A stretch of DNA of 64,000 bases from Selaginella moellendorffii (lineage: Eukaryota; Plantae; Lycopodiophyta), in assembly GCF_000143415.4 (NCBI RefSeq), contig NW_003314271.1, positions 2,950,186-3,014,185 of the forward strand, in the 5' to 3' direction. Shown here piece by piece: positions 12,498 through 26,317 of this stretch. Under the pieces are notes generated by a model. The model saw only the letters and a list, made by a program, of their open reading frames with translations, was not told where the DNA came from and searched no databases. The position numbers were made by a program, and so were the translations under genes. How positions within the stretch are numbered: the stretch's first letter is position 1; the number at the start of each line of letters is the position of its first letter.

Positions 12498-14835
12498 CAA
12501 AGGTGGTTGGATTAAGTGCATGTGCAAAGTGCTGGCTACAACATTCTCAACTTGATCCACTCTGACATATTTGACTCCACACAAAGCAAAAGCCTTTGAA
12601 ACCGAATGCTAAATTACACAGCCTTTGATGAAGACAATGTAATTGTTAGAAAGCATAATATGATGCTTTCTAACACATTTCAATTGCAAATGTGTGTTTG
12701 AAGATATCTAGAAGAATGCTCTAATCTTTAGGAGTGGCTGTGCTCAAACCATTATACCATTGTAGTGCTGTCTCTTGGAGATATATGGGAAATTCACACA
12801 AATGTTGAGCATCATCCCAAAAATGATATATGGCAATCATTGTGAAGTGATCGAATCAATGGTACACATCATCCCTAGGATTCCCATGAAAGACATCCAG
12901 TTGAACTCGAGGACATCAAGCAATTGCATCAATTGCTACTCTAGAATCAAAGGAAAAAGAGGCTACTACTCTACCATAAAGATGAACAAAAAGGAAAGAG
13001 CAAAAAAAAAAAGTTGAGAAAAACTACAAGAAAAGGGGGATCTAGATAATCAAAAGCTAGATCTAAAACAAAATTCCAAATCCAAGTACTTCTTAGAGAT
13101 AATCAAAATTACCCTTCATCTCCACTTATGTGAATGTATGATATGGAAATAGAATACAGAAATGTGTATATTAATTAACTAGAAAACACTAGTTTATAGA
13201 CATATGCAAATGGTCTGGATTGAAACAAATTTGACATCTACCAAATCCCATTATGCTAATATTAGTATACAGCATTGTAATTGCACATCTTGTATTACAA
13301 AGTAATAGATATATATTTAATAAAAACTAAGTTATCATAGTAAATTTTATATGAGTAGTAAAACTACATCTTATTTTAATGAAATTTTAGAGTTTGATTA
13401 TCTTTAAAATTAAATATAAAGTTTTGTTTTGTTTGTATTCTTTTATTTATTACTAAACAAATGAAACCTATTCTTTTTTATTTATTCTTAGCTAAGTGCA
13501 CTCTATTATTTATATTAAATTATCAATATATAAATTAAATTAGGATTTTATTTTTGATAAAAAAATTTTTATATAAGTATTTCTTATCTTAATTTTCATA
13601 TTTTTATATTATGGTCATAAAAAACATTTACAATAATACTATAAAATTTAATTTATAATTCTAATAATTTGCTACATGTTGCATGTAGCAATGCTTAGTT
13701 TACTTAATAGTGGTGTTATTCCTACTTATTAATGCAATTGATCAAATAAAGTTTATAATTATAAGCATGTTTGTAATTTATAAACACAAGATTAATCTTA
13801 TTGCATATCAACTTTTAGATGGTAGAATAAAAAAGAATAAATGGTTAAAGAAATTTTATAAATTAAAAATATGTTTATAAATTATAAATACAAAATTAAT
13901 CTAAATGAATAACAACCTTTAGATGGTGGAATATCATAGAATATCCAAGAATATTCTTTGTATATCCACTACCATCTCAGTACCCTTACAGATTTGTTTA
14001 AGCAAATAAAAAATTTGATACAATCATATATATTTATAAGTAAAGTCTACTTTTGGGATATTATATACAATATAAAAATAATTTTGTAGAAGAAGGGTTT
14101 TATCCATATATTTGTGCTTACAGAATATTATTTTTAAAGGTTACTATTGTTCTCTCCAATACAATGAATGACATTTTTTTTAGTAAATTTTAAAAATTTA
14201 AACCATTTATTAAATTTATAATTAATTAGATATATATAAATCAATTGTCAATCTAAAATTACATAAAGAAATTCATCATGGTCATAAAAATCTAATTTCA
14301 AAATTGTGTTTATTGTGAATTGGTTATACTAGGTTAGCCCCTTCACATAATTTGTTATAAGAAAAAATTAAACCACTTTTTATCTTAGTTTCTATTTTAA
14401 TTATATTTCTTTTACATTTTTCTCTTCAATTCGAATCTTGTGTCCCATGTTTACTGCGGCAAAAGACCTACTTTACCTCTTAGGCAATCGCGACCGGGTA
14501 AAGCGGCGAGCGCTGATCGATTCTTTCTCCGCGGCGAGACACGAGCAAGGGAGCATTCAATTGATCGCAACGAGGTGGGTTTTAGATTTGGGCGCTAGTC
14601 TTGTCTTGTGCGTCAACGCAACGGCGATGGCAGCGATTGTCGGTACCGTGGGGCCGATTTAACTCGCGCTCCAGCGGCTCAGACCTCTCTTTCCTTGTCA
14701 GGGACCGCGGGACTTCCTCTCCTTGTGCTTTGCTTAAATTTCTCTCCTCCTTTGTCGAGTTGGGTGTTCTTTCGTTTTTTTTCCGAGAGACAAGCAGCGT
14801 TCGTAGTGAATCTACTAGGTATGGTTTCTTCTTTG

Positions 14836-14866
<31 letters not shown>

Positions 14867-15116
14867 GCTCCCTCCCTCCCTTTTTCTTGTGCTTACTGGC
14901 TTCTGGGAGAGAATTGAAATGCTTTCTCCTGGTCGGTTTGTTCTTCCTCGGAGTTTGAGTTGCGATTGATTTTATCCTTTTGCTGAGTTTTCTTTCGCAT
15001 TCGCAGGCCAGCACCAAGATCACGAACTCGACTCCACCGCAACGCCACCTCAGGCAGTGAATTCTCTCCCCGCAGCTGTGGATCACCACCAGGAATCAAC
15101 GTCGCCGTCGTCGGTG

Positions 15117-15419
15117 ATGGCTTCTCTCAGCCGGGGGGTGTCGATCAGGAGGCAGGGGTCGTCGGGCCGGAGCTGGGCCGACACGCTGGGACTTAACAAC
15201 CCGGTGGAGCCGGCGCAGAGATTTAGCAGTAGCAACACCAGGGGCGGAAAGGGCGATGGGATCACCAAGAAGACGATCATGGCCCCGGACAGCGACGACG
15301 ATCGCCACCGCCAGCACCACCATCGCACCAGTGCAAAGTCCTCGGCAAAGTCTTCGTCGTCGAGGGGAGGCGGTGTTTTCAGCTGGCTCAAGAACAGGTT
15401 TCGAAAGGCGAGATCTTGA
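15117..15419 (+). CDS. Small MAPK-substrate-like protein (MASS / At1g80180-like), 100 aa
   Basis: N-terminal MASLSRGVSIRRQGSSGRSWAD resembles the family motif SFRRQGSSGxxWDD. Basic C-terminus. Upstream 5'UTR intron with (CT)n at 14840-14866. Confidence 0.7.
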   Translation: MASLSRGVSIRRQGSSGRSWADTLGLNNPVEPAQRFSSSNTRGGKGDGITKKTIMAPDSDDDRHRQHHHRTSAKSSAKSSSSRGGGVFSWLKNRFRKARS

Positions 15420-15815
15420 GCCTTCTCTTCTTTTCCTCTTTCTTTTCTCTCTTTTTTTCTCTCGACGCACGGGTGGCGAGGACGGGGAAACGATTGAGTG
15501 CTCACAACCTGCGATCCAATCCTTAGAAACGTAGAGCTTCTCTCTCTTTTACTTTCTAGACCTTCTTTTCCCTTGTGCTTTTGGGCATCATATTTTGTCA
15601 AGCTTTGATGTACATGGCGATGATACGATACGACACGACTTTGTTCGATTCCTTTGACTTTTTCGATCTCTCTCACGCGGCGGCCACACGCATTTGTTTC
15701 TGCATGCAAGTGTTTACTCGCAAGTTGCAAGGGCTGAATTCGTCTCTGACAGATAAAAGTGGGAGCTTGACACATAGATCACCAGCAAAATAGTGGTTTA
15801 GAAAAACAGGAAACT

Positions 15816-15897
15816 CGTGGACGGCAGGATTCGAACCTGCGCGGGCAAAGCCCACATGATTTCGAGTCATGCCCGATAACCACTCCGGCACATCCAC
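15816..15897 (-). tRNA. tRNA-Ser (anticodon CGA)
   Basis: 82 nt GTGGATGTGCCGGAGTGGTTATCGGGCATGACTCGAAATCATGTGGGCTTTGCCCGCGCAGGTTCGAATCCTGCCGTCCACG. Anticodon stem CATGA/TCATG, long variable arm, GGTTCGAATCC T-loop. Confidence 0.97.
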
Positions 15898-16145
15898 CTT
15901 AAACACACAACCCGAGTTTATTTCCACACCTTTAGGCTTTAAGCACGGAAAGAGTGACCGGCCGAAGAACATACGCCTCTCCCGTTCCATCGAGAAACTT
16001 ACGAGCTCTTTATCCTCTTTGTCTCTCTTGAAAGCTGGGGAGGGATAGAGCTCTGCCTGGAGCTTGAAAGGATTTGCTCGCTACTCCACCAGTCCAGGCC
16101 CTGCGAGTTGTGATTGCTGAAAGCTTTCCTGCGCACCACCCCCCC

Positions 16146-19100
16146 CTACCAGTTCTCCAGCCACTGCGGCGCAGCGCTCGACTCTTCGGATGTAGCCGAG
16201 GGACTGATGAGCAGATGATGGCTGTCGTCCGCCCGTGACGTCTTCAATGCCGACTGGAGCCGACTTAACACCTCGAAAGGCACGTCCGTGCGGCACTCGA
16301 GCAGCGCCTCCCAGTCGAGGCCGGCGAACCACGGCTGGGCCTTGATCTCCTCCATGCCTCGGCTGCCGAGCCTCTGGGAGACGTCCACGACCAGCAGCTG
16401 GAGATATAAACACAAAGAAGTTACTGGCTGATCATCTGTGGCTTGGAATAAATGAATCAATGAATACCTTGTCGATCAAGTCAACGAGTTCGCCGCTGAA
16501 AGTGGAAGGGAAGACTAGCTGCCTACCGGCAATCTTGCTGTAAATATCCAGCTCGCTGTCTCGCCACGATCCGAACGGCAGCTCGTTTTGTACCATGTAA
16601 TACAAGAGCACTCCCAAAGCCCACCTGAAAGAAATATCATACACATTTGCCGAGAAAAAGCATGAAAAAACAACGGTTGTTCTTACCAGTCAGCACCAAA
16701 GCCGTGACCTTGACCTCTGATAATCTCGGGGGCGAGAAAATCAGCCATGCCGCAGATAGTGTAAGCTCGTTCGTCTAACAGCTTTTTGCCAAACCGAAAA
16801 TCAGCAAGCTGCACGTCACCATGACAGAAAATAAATTGGTAAGATACACAAGGAAAAAGAGAGGAGAGTTAGTCACCTGTAGTCGTCCTTTTCTATCCAG
16901 CATAAGCATATCTGGAGATACTCCACGGTAAACAACTCCATCCTGGACTCGAAGCAATGAATCAATGGAAAAGAATTTCCAACAAGAAATCAAAATGTAC
17001 CTTATGCATAGAGTCAATCGCCATGGCGACAGAGGCACCAATAAACCGGGCCGAGTCTTCCGAGAGTGGCGTGTTCAATATCAGGGACAGCGGCCCCCCC
17101 AACGCGCAATTGAGAAGCATTGCAGCGTACCTCTCATCCGCAGAAGTGCATACCACTTGCGGCACGTACAAAGACGGGCTTAAGTCTTGAAACAGAAACT
17201 TTTCCTGCAGCACTTGAGACTCCCTTCCGAGTGCTTTGATAACTTCCAAGGGATAACGCTTCATGCTAAAAACCTGTCCTGCTCTTCAAAGAGAGACAAC
17301 GCATGAAGTAAAAGGAACAAAAAAAAAAACAAGGACTGTAGCATTACCTGTTTTCTTTAAACTAACCAGCCCAACCTCGCAGCAATCTGTCGTGTATACA
17401 GTTTCTTGCCATTCCTGCATGTGGAAGTCGTAGTTTTAAATTGCAAAAGCTGTAGACTCGTACAAACTTACCAAGTCTCCTAAATCACTAGTTATCGACA
17501 GAGTGTCCAGCTTTGCAGATTGCTGCTTTCTCAAAGAGAGTATCTTCTCCCGCAGCCTGAAAACGTAAATGTTAGAGCGCGGACAAACGGAGCAGAGAGA
17601 GCACCATACTTCATGTTGTCTTCGATGACTCGGTCCAGCTGGCCAACAGCTTTCTCGAGAGTTTCCCTGCTTATAGCCCAGCACTCAACATCACCAACTG
17701 CAACTGCGGTCAAAGAACGTGAAGGCTCACCCCGTAGCACCCATTCGCCAAAGTAATCCCCCTCACCCTTTCTATCGGTCAGATTTTCTAAAGCTCCATG
17801 GTGCTTTACATCAACAAAACCCTTCCGTAAGAGATAAAAAGTAGAGACTTCAGCGCCCTGCGTAAGAAAACAAACGACTCAGTATCTCGTTGGTTACACC
17901 TAATGCCACTGTACCTTTTGTGCTATCACTGCCCCGTCCCGAAAGCTAACTTCCGATAATGAATCGGCGAGACGGACAAGCTGCGCTATATTCAACGTCG
18001 CAAGGACTTCTACAGCCCGCAGATGTTTCAGTGCGGATCTTCGAGTGTTCATCGACAGTAAACCTCTAAATGCTTCTCGACCAAGCATCCACAGTGTACC
18101 TTCGGTAACAGCGCGAATAGACGCCTGACGGGGCTTATTATACCTGCATAAGCATCCAAAGTGTTGAGTAAAAAATATGAAATGCTCGAGAAAGCGACTT
18201 ACATCAATGCCAGCTCTCCAAAACAAGGGCTATTGTAAGCAGTGTACTGGTTCACAATTGTTCCCAAGTCATCTTCGCTTTGATTTTCATCCTGCACGTT
18301 GGCCGGTTATGCCAGAATTGTTTTATCGCGTTTAACTTTTACCTGAGCCACCAACACGTCAAACTTGCCGCTTTCAACGATGTAGAAGTGATCGTCTTCG
18401 GCCCCCTGTTGATAGAAGCATTTCTCGTAAACACTCTATGATTACGGGATGATCTACCTGACGAATTATAATCTTTCCAGGTTGAACTTGTACTTTCTCA
18501 AAACAATTGTACAGCGTTTCCCATTGTTTCTCTGTGAGATTGTGAAAGAGAAAGTTGCCCTGTAAAGCATGCTTGATTCGCGCCTGAAGTCTTAACCAGA
18601 GTCAAGCTTTTACACCAGCTTACAAATAAGACGAGCAAACCTTCTCTTCATCGGTTTTTATCTGCTGCTCAGACGGCGGCACCCATTCTGTTTGATGCTC
18701 TAGAGAAGCTTCAATTGCTCGCAGCTTTGCAGCAGACACTTCATGGCTCGCTGGACGCACCTGCTCTGCGGGTTCACTGTAATCCCGCGGCTTAAACGGG
18801 AGCTCCGCACCTTTACAGTGGAAAACCGCATTTTGATTGTGATTCTCCTGCGACAGAAGAAGAGAAGTCATAAATGCACACACAAATAAAGTAAGCTTGT
18901 ACCTCTTCCAAGCCGTCAATGTTCACAACAATGATTGTGATATCATCAGTACGGGTCTCATACTGCAACCATAAACGGTATGATTCAGCTACAATCGCCG
19001 CACATGCATCACGTGGATCCTTGTGTTTCGCTACCTGAAAATCCGAATGCCATTAGATTAAGGATGCTAGTCTCCAACCATCACTACAGCTTACCATGTC

Positions 19101-20120
19101 GACAACATCCTGGCTTGAGAGGAACTCAAACACGCCATCGCTTGCGAGGACGAAGAACGGATGCGTACCATTGATCTCGAAAGATGCCACCTCCGGCACG
19201 GCAATCACTCCAATCCGTTCAGCAACTGTGTCACCTATGCTTCTTGTAAAAGCTGTCCCCGGGTACATTCCATTTGCCACCCACAAGCGGGGAGGATCCC
19301 CATCGTCGTCCTCCTCCCCACCCCAGCACTGTAAAGCAGGACTCTTCAGGCCCTCAAGTTGGTCCAGTGTGAGCACTCTAGCTCCACACGTTTTGACCCT
19401 TTCGCACTCATCAGTCCTGAAAGGAGTCTGGTCACTTGAAAGATCTACCGCAGTCAGCTTACCGTTGATCCTCTCAGCAAGCACGGCTCTGGAATCACCA
19501 ACATTTGCAACGTACAGAGTCTTCCCCCGGACGAGAACTGTTATAGCCGTGGTACCACTCATGGAGTCGTCAACCTGAGAGCGGTGGAGCTGGAGATTCG
19601 TGGTGATAAAAGCCGACTGATAGGCCTGGACAACGTCCGCGGTGAAGCAGCCATGCTTGAGCAGATTCTCACACAAGTGCTTCTTCGCGAACTGCGAGCA
19701 CTCAGCACCAAACTCGCCGTGGCCATCAAACACGCCGAAAAAATGGTCGTTGGGATTCTTCCCGAAGTGAGTATGTACACAAAAACTGTCTTGGTTGGCC
19801 TTGTCCAAAGCCTCCGGATAGTAGCCCCTCTGCGAGAGGAACGAGAACCGGAGCTCGAAATTGCCATCTGGAACCTGCGTAATCTTACAGCCACTGGCAG
19901 GAAGATACTGACTAGAGAGCCTTGCTAGCCTCGGCAGCCCAATGTCCGCATCAGAAACTCCCAGCTTATCCCCACCATCATCACTCAAATCCCCGCTCAA
20001 GTCATCCACCATCACGAAGTCCTCCTTGGGAGCCTTAGAGCTGTTAAAGTTCGCGAGGAGGCCGGAATTGGCATTCCCGAATGCTCCGGAGCTACTATCT
20101 TTCCCACAAACGCAACCCAT
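16146..20120 (-). CDS. PP2C + cyclic-nucleotide-binding + AGC-like kinase multidomain protein (At2g20050-like), multi-exon
   Basis: PP2C motifs [27 protein letters not shown]. cNMP-binding exons ([21 protein letters not shown]). Kinase exons ([31 protein letters not shown]). N-terminal MGCVCGK acylation-type signal. Confidence 0.92.
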
Positions 20121-21237
20121 GGACTACGTGCTGTCTCATAGCAACCTGTGATGATCCAATCCCTGCGACCAATTCCCACTCATCTGCTCTGTCCCAGAGA
20201 ACTGGAAAACTAAATCCTCCTGTTCTATCCTGATCCTCCCAATCCTGTGTTCTAAGTGTTCTAGATTCCCAAACCCACCAAACTTCTGCGCTGTGCTTCT
20301 TCGTCGAAGAAGCCACGGAAAAAGATTGGATGATGCTTGTAGCCTGTGCGCTCTTCCCCGAGGAAAGCTGTCCATATATTTTATCTCCCTCCCAACTTGA
20401 CTTTGGCGAAGGATTCTTTAATCGCCCCCAGCCATTGCAAGCTAAAATCTAAAATTTAGATCTCCAATTTGTGTACCTGGCTCTGTCACGAGGGGGACAG
20501 CATTGTTTCTGGCAAAAAGAGAGGCCGCGCTAGCGACGTTGGACCCCGCACAAGCAACAAAACACGCGATGCCAGCGCTCCGGGGATAAAAGAAATCGCC
20601 TGCCTCCAAAATCCACAGCCGGAGCGTCAGCATTTATGCGCGGTAGCCCGAGAATGCGGGCAGGAAGACGTACCGGATGAAATCCCCGCGCCGCCGCCGA
20701 CGCCGTCGCCGCCGCCGCGCCGCGGAATGTAGAGCGCCTCGCCGCTCCCGATTCCAAGAGCTAGCACCGGGGCGTCGGATCGAGCTCGCTGGCGCTCGCC
20801 ATTCCCAAACCCTTCTCGAATAAGGAATAGCGCGCACAAAACTTCACTACCTAGAATACGTTCCAAGTGTGGATAGATCCTAATCGCACCGCCCGATGGA
20901 GCGGGATTACGTAATGGAATGTGTAGCCATTGCAATCTCCCGCGTCCACGTGGCGGGATCGTAGCGGTCACTTTGGCGGGTCCAGAAAACGTAGGAAAAA
21001 ACGAGCGAGCTACCGTACACTTAAAACGAGGCGCGGATAAATCCGAGCAGCGCGACAAAGAACGAACGTCCTTTTCGTAATTTTTCCTTTGGGCTGCCGA
21101 TCACAGTGGACAAATAATTTACCTAGTTCCTCACGCTCGTTTCTCTCCTTTCCAATAATCGAGCTTTAAAGCTCTCTCTGCAAGTTCAAAGCTCTCAAAG
21201 TCTTCTAGCAAAAAGAAAGAAGGAACAAAGAAAAGAA

Positions 21238-23077
21238 ATGGAAGCACTGACCTTGAGCTGGATTCTAGCAATGGCTGCTTTGTGTGTTTTCCTGGCGCTC
21301 GTCTGGAGATTAAGGCTGCCACCATCCATGAATTTGCCACCGGGACGAATGGGCTGGCCTCTCGTCGGCGAGACTCTAGAGTATCTCGCAACCAGGCCGA
21401 TCGGAGTGCCTCAGCCTTTTATTGCGAAAAGAGTCGCACGGTCTGTTGCTGGATTTGAGGAACTTTGTTCTTTAGCGTCCTGAAAAGAGGAAAGCTTTGT
21501 CTTGCAGGTACGGGAGTATCTTCAAGACGCACCTGTTCGGGTGTCCCACGATCGTGACGACTGATCCGGACTTTAACAGGTTTGTCCTCGCCAACGAAGG
21601 GAAATTGTTCCAGAGCTCCTATCCCGCTGGCGTTGATCGCGTCCTCGGCAAGTTCTCGATGGTGCAGGCCAGCGGCGAGCTCCACAAGAGGATGCGAGCT
21701 TTGACGGTGAGCTTCATGCAAGCCCAGAGTCTCAAGGACAATTTCCTGCAAACAATTCAAGCGCGAGTGATCAGTCTCTTGTCAACTTGGGAGGGACGAG
21801 TTGTTAAGATCCAGGACGAAGCACAATCGGTAAGAATGAATAGAAGGATCCAGGCTTTGACGATCGCTTACTCTGTGATCAGCTGTCATTCGACTGTATT
21901 GTTGGTCACGTCCTGGGCATGGATCCTGGAGCAGAGAACACAAAAACCATAAAGGAGGACTTTTTCAACTTGGTGTACGGTTTGACAATACCTTTGAGAA
22001 TCCCGGGAACTCGGTACTGGACAGCCATGAAGGTTCAGTTGGATCCTGTTGAATGAAGAATCTTGTACTATTTTGGAGTGACAGGGACGGCAAAACATCG
22101 TGAGGCTCGTCGAGCAAATGGTCGCGGAGAGAACGACAAAGCCTTGCACAGCTCGCAAAGATTTCCTTCAACAATTGCTACAGGATGACAATGGAAAGAA
22201 TCTCACCTTGGAACAGATAAGCGACTTCATCGTGTTCATGCTCTTTGCAGCACACGATACAACAGCGACAGCAATGACCATGGCGATCAAATACCTTCTG
22301 GCTAATCCACAAGCGCTAAATCAGCTGCAGGTACGCTGCTCATATTTAGCATCAATATCCTGCAAACCATACATTTAGGAAGAACACCTTGAGATTCGAA
22401 GGAACAAAAGGAGTCCAGACGAACCACTAGAATGGAATGATTACCTTCAAATGACCTTCACTCAACACGTAAGTCGCACAGTCCGAAGCTGTTTTTAACT
22501 GTAGAGATTAGCAGGTTATAAACGAGACACTGAGGCTCACTAACGTGCTAACATCTGCCCATAGGATAGCTCTGCAAGACGTTCAAACTGAAGGTGAGAG
22601 CCCAGACAGAATATAAATTTGGTCTTACTTCCTGAGCGTGAACTTCATAGAAGGATATGTGATACCGAAGGGCTGGAAAGTGGTTTCCAGCTGGACCACG
22701 ATACATCTCAATCCAAAACTTTACGCAGAACCATTAGAGTTCAACCCCTGGCGCTGGAAGGTAAACACAAAACTTAACCTGAAGCAGGCTCATAACTTTG
22801 CTGCAGACTCAAAGCGTTAAGTACTTCACTCCTTTTAGTGGCGGCCCAAGATTTTGTACCGGATCTGAGCTAGCTAGACTGGAGATCGCGCTTTTGCTGC
22901 ATTTTATCATAACCAAATACTCGTAAGAAACAGGAAAACTACATTTAAGAAACGCTAACAAACCTGCTCTTTTCTAGGTTGCACCCTGCTGAAGACGACG
23001 AAGCTGTTTATTTTGGAACTGTGAAAATGCGGAAAGGTCTCCCTGTTACTGTCACCAAACTCTCACAGATTCTATAG
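21238..23077 (+). CDS. Cytochrome P450, CYP85 clan (CYP90/CYP720/CYP724-like), multi-exon
   Basis: N-terminal TM, LPPGRMGWPLVGETL, YGSIFKTHLFGCPTIV...NEGKLFQSSYP, I-helix FAAHDTT, ETLR, FNPWRW, heme motif FSGGPRFCTG. Stop TAG at 23075-23077. Confidence 0.92.
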
Positions 23078-23392
23078 CTTTCTACAAAAAAAACCGAGCG
23101 ATAGTTAGTGTCAAAGCAAAATGAAACCACACTTACACATCAGATTAGACTTCTTCGGACAAATAATAAGAGACGTTAGCATGTTAAAACGCGTAGAAAA
23201 GAAACTAGCGACAGTGCTTCATGGCTATAACTTGAACGTCAACCAAATTAAAACTTGCTCAAAACTTGTAAGGAACCCAAGCTTGGATTCTCTCAAGACA
23301 AAAAATCTCTCTTGCTGGGAGAACTGAGAGACGACCCTGGTTTCTTGTGAATTTACAAGAACTAGAAACCAAAAGAACCTGGAAAGGAAGCG

Positions 23393-24217
23393 TCAGTCCT
23401 CATCGTCAATTGCCAAGTTCAAGGTGTGCATCCTAAAGCCTGCTTTTTCCATTGTATCTACGATCTCCGACGCAACATTTGTTGCCTGGATGATTGTCTT
23501 CTTAGTGAGCTGAAAATGGAGGGTTGGGAACCCGGTGAGGCTTTCGAGCGATATAAAAAACAAAAAAAGAGAGAAGAAGCCCCGCTTACCGAAATGGACG
23601 TCAAACCTTCAAATGTAGTTATCCTCACATCACTGACGTCTTCCATTGCCTGGCACGAGAAGAGAAAAATATAAGCAAAGATTGTAAATGGAGATCGAAG
23701 ATGGCATACCTCTAAAGAGCTTTGGACGATTGGAATCGATACGTCGGGCATGGAGCCTTCGGCCTGTGTGCCACAAGACACCTCCCGTGAAAACTTTAAG
23801 AACAAACTCTACAAACCTTGAGCATCATGACGAGCTTCTCTGCTTCCGTTTGTTCTTCTTGCGCTGCTCCCCCAGACTCCTCTTCTTTCGCTGTCTCTGG
23901 CTCAACCTACATTCGCCAGGATCTTCAAACAATCCAGGCCTCACGACAAAGTGCAAAGATCTGACCTGTGAATCGTCCGGGGCCGCCACAGGCGCATCCG
24001 AATCGACCGCCGCCTCTGTGGATTCAGCGAAGACGCGAAAGATCCTCCAATGCGGCGTCGGTCCTCTGGGCGCGCGCATCCGCCATTGCTGATGGAGATG
24101 AGACTGATGATGCCGGAGAGACAAGCAGGCGCCGCTAACACACCCTAGGGTTTGGACCTGGCAAGAAGAAGCGGGAGAAGGCGCAAGGAGAGGACGAGGC
24201 ACTAGAGCGGCCGCCAT
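23393..24217 (-). CDS. Plastid-targeted HMA-like protein (At5g14910-like), multi-exon
   Basis: Transit-peptide-like N-terminus. Spliced exons give AEGSMPDVSIPIVQSSLE-AMEDVSDVRITTFEGLTSIS-LTKKTIIQATNVASEIVDTMEKAGFRMHTLNLAIDDED, matching the remembered family C-terminus. Confidence 0.75.
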
Positions 24218-24467
24218 AGCCGGGGAAAATGTATAGCCGGGGAAAATGCTTGCTCTAAAATCTGCCACGTGGAACCTCTAACCTAAACCCATATTCAATT
24301 TTCAAAAACCGCATATTCCATACCCGGGAAAAACCACGCTTTGTTTATTAGCATCGCAGTACGCCGCGAGAACAGTGCCTTGGGAAATGGAAATGGTGAA
24401 TATAAGTCCATGGATACATGATCATAGATTTCCATGCGAAAGCTTGAGAGAGCTTGAGACTTACTGA

Positions 24468-26080
24468 TCAAGAAGCCTTTGATTTTGCTTTGGAGATATC
24501 TCTTCCATAAAGACCAGCGATCCCAGCTGCCGGATCATTTTGTTTTACCAGAGATTCGCCAACCAAAACCTGAGAAGAAAAGTCTGAGAATCAATACAAG
24601 AAAAGCTATCTAGCTATGGTACGCACCGCGCGGACTCCAGCTTTTTGAACGACTGCTATGTCTTCTGGAGTAAAGAGCCCGGATTCTCCCACCACCTAGC
24701 ACAGAGAAAGGTTTTGTAGATGTTTTCTGTGAGAATTCCCAAGCATTCCCAAGGAAATAGACTAACCATGATTCCCAAAGCATGGATTATATCCATCCTT
24801 GCGGTGGTGAGGAGTTTCACGGTGTTGTTAATGTCCACTTTGAAAGTTTCTGCGTGTTTCTTCCCTCACAGTTAGATTGCTGGCAACTCGAATCACGCTT
24901 ACCAAGATTTCTATTGTTGATACCAATGAGCTCTATTCCAGGTAGCTCCAAAACACGGTCCATCTCTGTTCCATTGTGAACCTAGAAAAAACCCGAGTGA
25001 AGATCCAGGTGTGAGCCAGCTTTCTCACCTCAACCAGAGCCGACATGCCGTTTTGTTTCACAACTCTCATCAAGGAACGTAACTCGTCGTCGGTTAAGAC
25101 AGACGCGATCAAAAGAACCGCGTCGGCTCCCTTTGCACGAGCGTAATATATTTGCCATGGATCAATGATAAACTCCTTACACAACAGGGGACACTACAAG
25201 GAAAATTATCAGCAAACAAAAATAAAAAAACGTTCAAAGTCAAGTAGTATTTCTTGCCTGAACTTGAGCTGCCCGAATCAAGCTTAAGTTCTCGAAGCTC
25301 CCCTGAAAATCTCAATATAAATCTCATGTTAAGCAAATCATAAACGCTAGCATGCCTGGAAATATTTTGAGTCCGTGAGCACGCTCAAGCAAGAAGCTCC
25401 GCCATTCTCGTATGCCTTTGCAATACGAACCTGAAACAAGAAGAGAACTTAATACTTCAGAAACGAGAAAATGAAGAAAAATTCCACCAAGAAAACTATA
25501 CCGGATCGAAGTCGGGTTGAATCACACCTCGACTTGGAGAAGCCTTCTTCACCTCAGCAATCAACGCCGGGAGTCCAGTTTCAGCTGCTCGATCTTTCAA
25601 GACTTTCACAAAGTCTCGAGCCGGTCCATCGATCAGAGGAAACTTTTCTTTCATCTCATACAATGGCAGCTTTTTCTTCATCTGTAAAGGAAAAAATCTA
25701 TAGTGATCCATCCACAAAAGAATAAGAGAAAGAAAAACAACTTGCCTCGGCAACCTCTGTCTCTTTGTACCAAATAATCTCTTCCAGAATGTTGCGCGGC
25801 TTCTCATCTCCATCCTTGAGCACGTAGCCGCTGGGAGCAAGCCTGCGAATCGAAATGCGCTGCCTCGCTAGATCCCTTTGCTTCTGCTCGAAAGCCGACC
25901 ACGCATCGCTGCTTCTCTACAAGACAAATCCATCAATAGATAGAAAAAATGTAGGCGCCCGGGCCTCGATCGATCGATTATTCGGCTTACCACGCAGCTG
26001 ATCCGCAATCTTGGACGGACGCCATGGATCCAGTCGAGGCGATTGGCACTGGCGCTCTCTTTGAATCCTAAGCAAGCCAT
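24468..26080 (-). CDS. IGPS: Indole-3-glycerol phosphate synthase, plastidial, multi-exon
   Basis: [71 protein letters not shown]. Stop TGA at 24468-24470. Confidence 0.95.
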
Positions 26081-26317
26081 AAACCCTACGAGGATATTCT
26101 AAGAGGATGACTTGACTCTTGTTGACTCCCGTCCCGTCAACGGTCAAGCGTCTCCCGGACGATATTGCCGTGTAGACGAGGGTTCGATCATAGTCCTCTG
26201 GGCTCCAGGCAAGGTAGGCTATTTCTTCCGCAACGATCATTCTTTTGCGACGATCGTCTTGTGTAGATCCGCGGCTGGGCCGCATTTCAGCGTAATCCGC
26301 TGGATCGGCAGGGAAAT

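Noticed and set aside
13000-14420. Very AT-rich tract (also about 37170-38200) as a possible MITE or Helitron
   Set aside because: No terminal inverted repeats, TSD or Helitron ends could be identified by eye.
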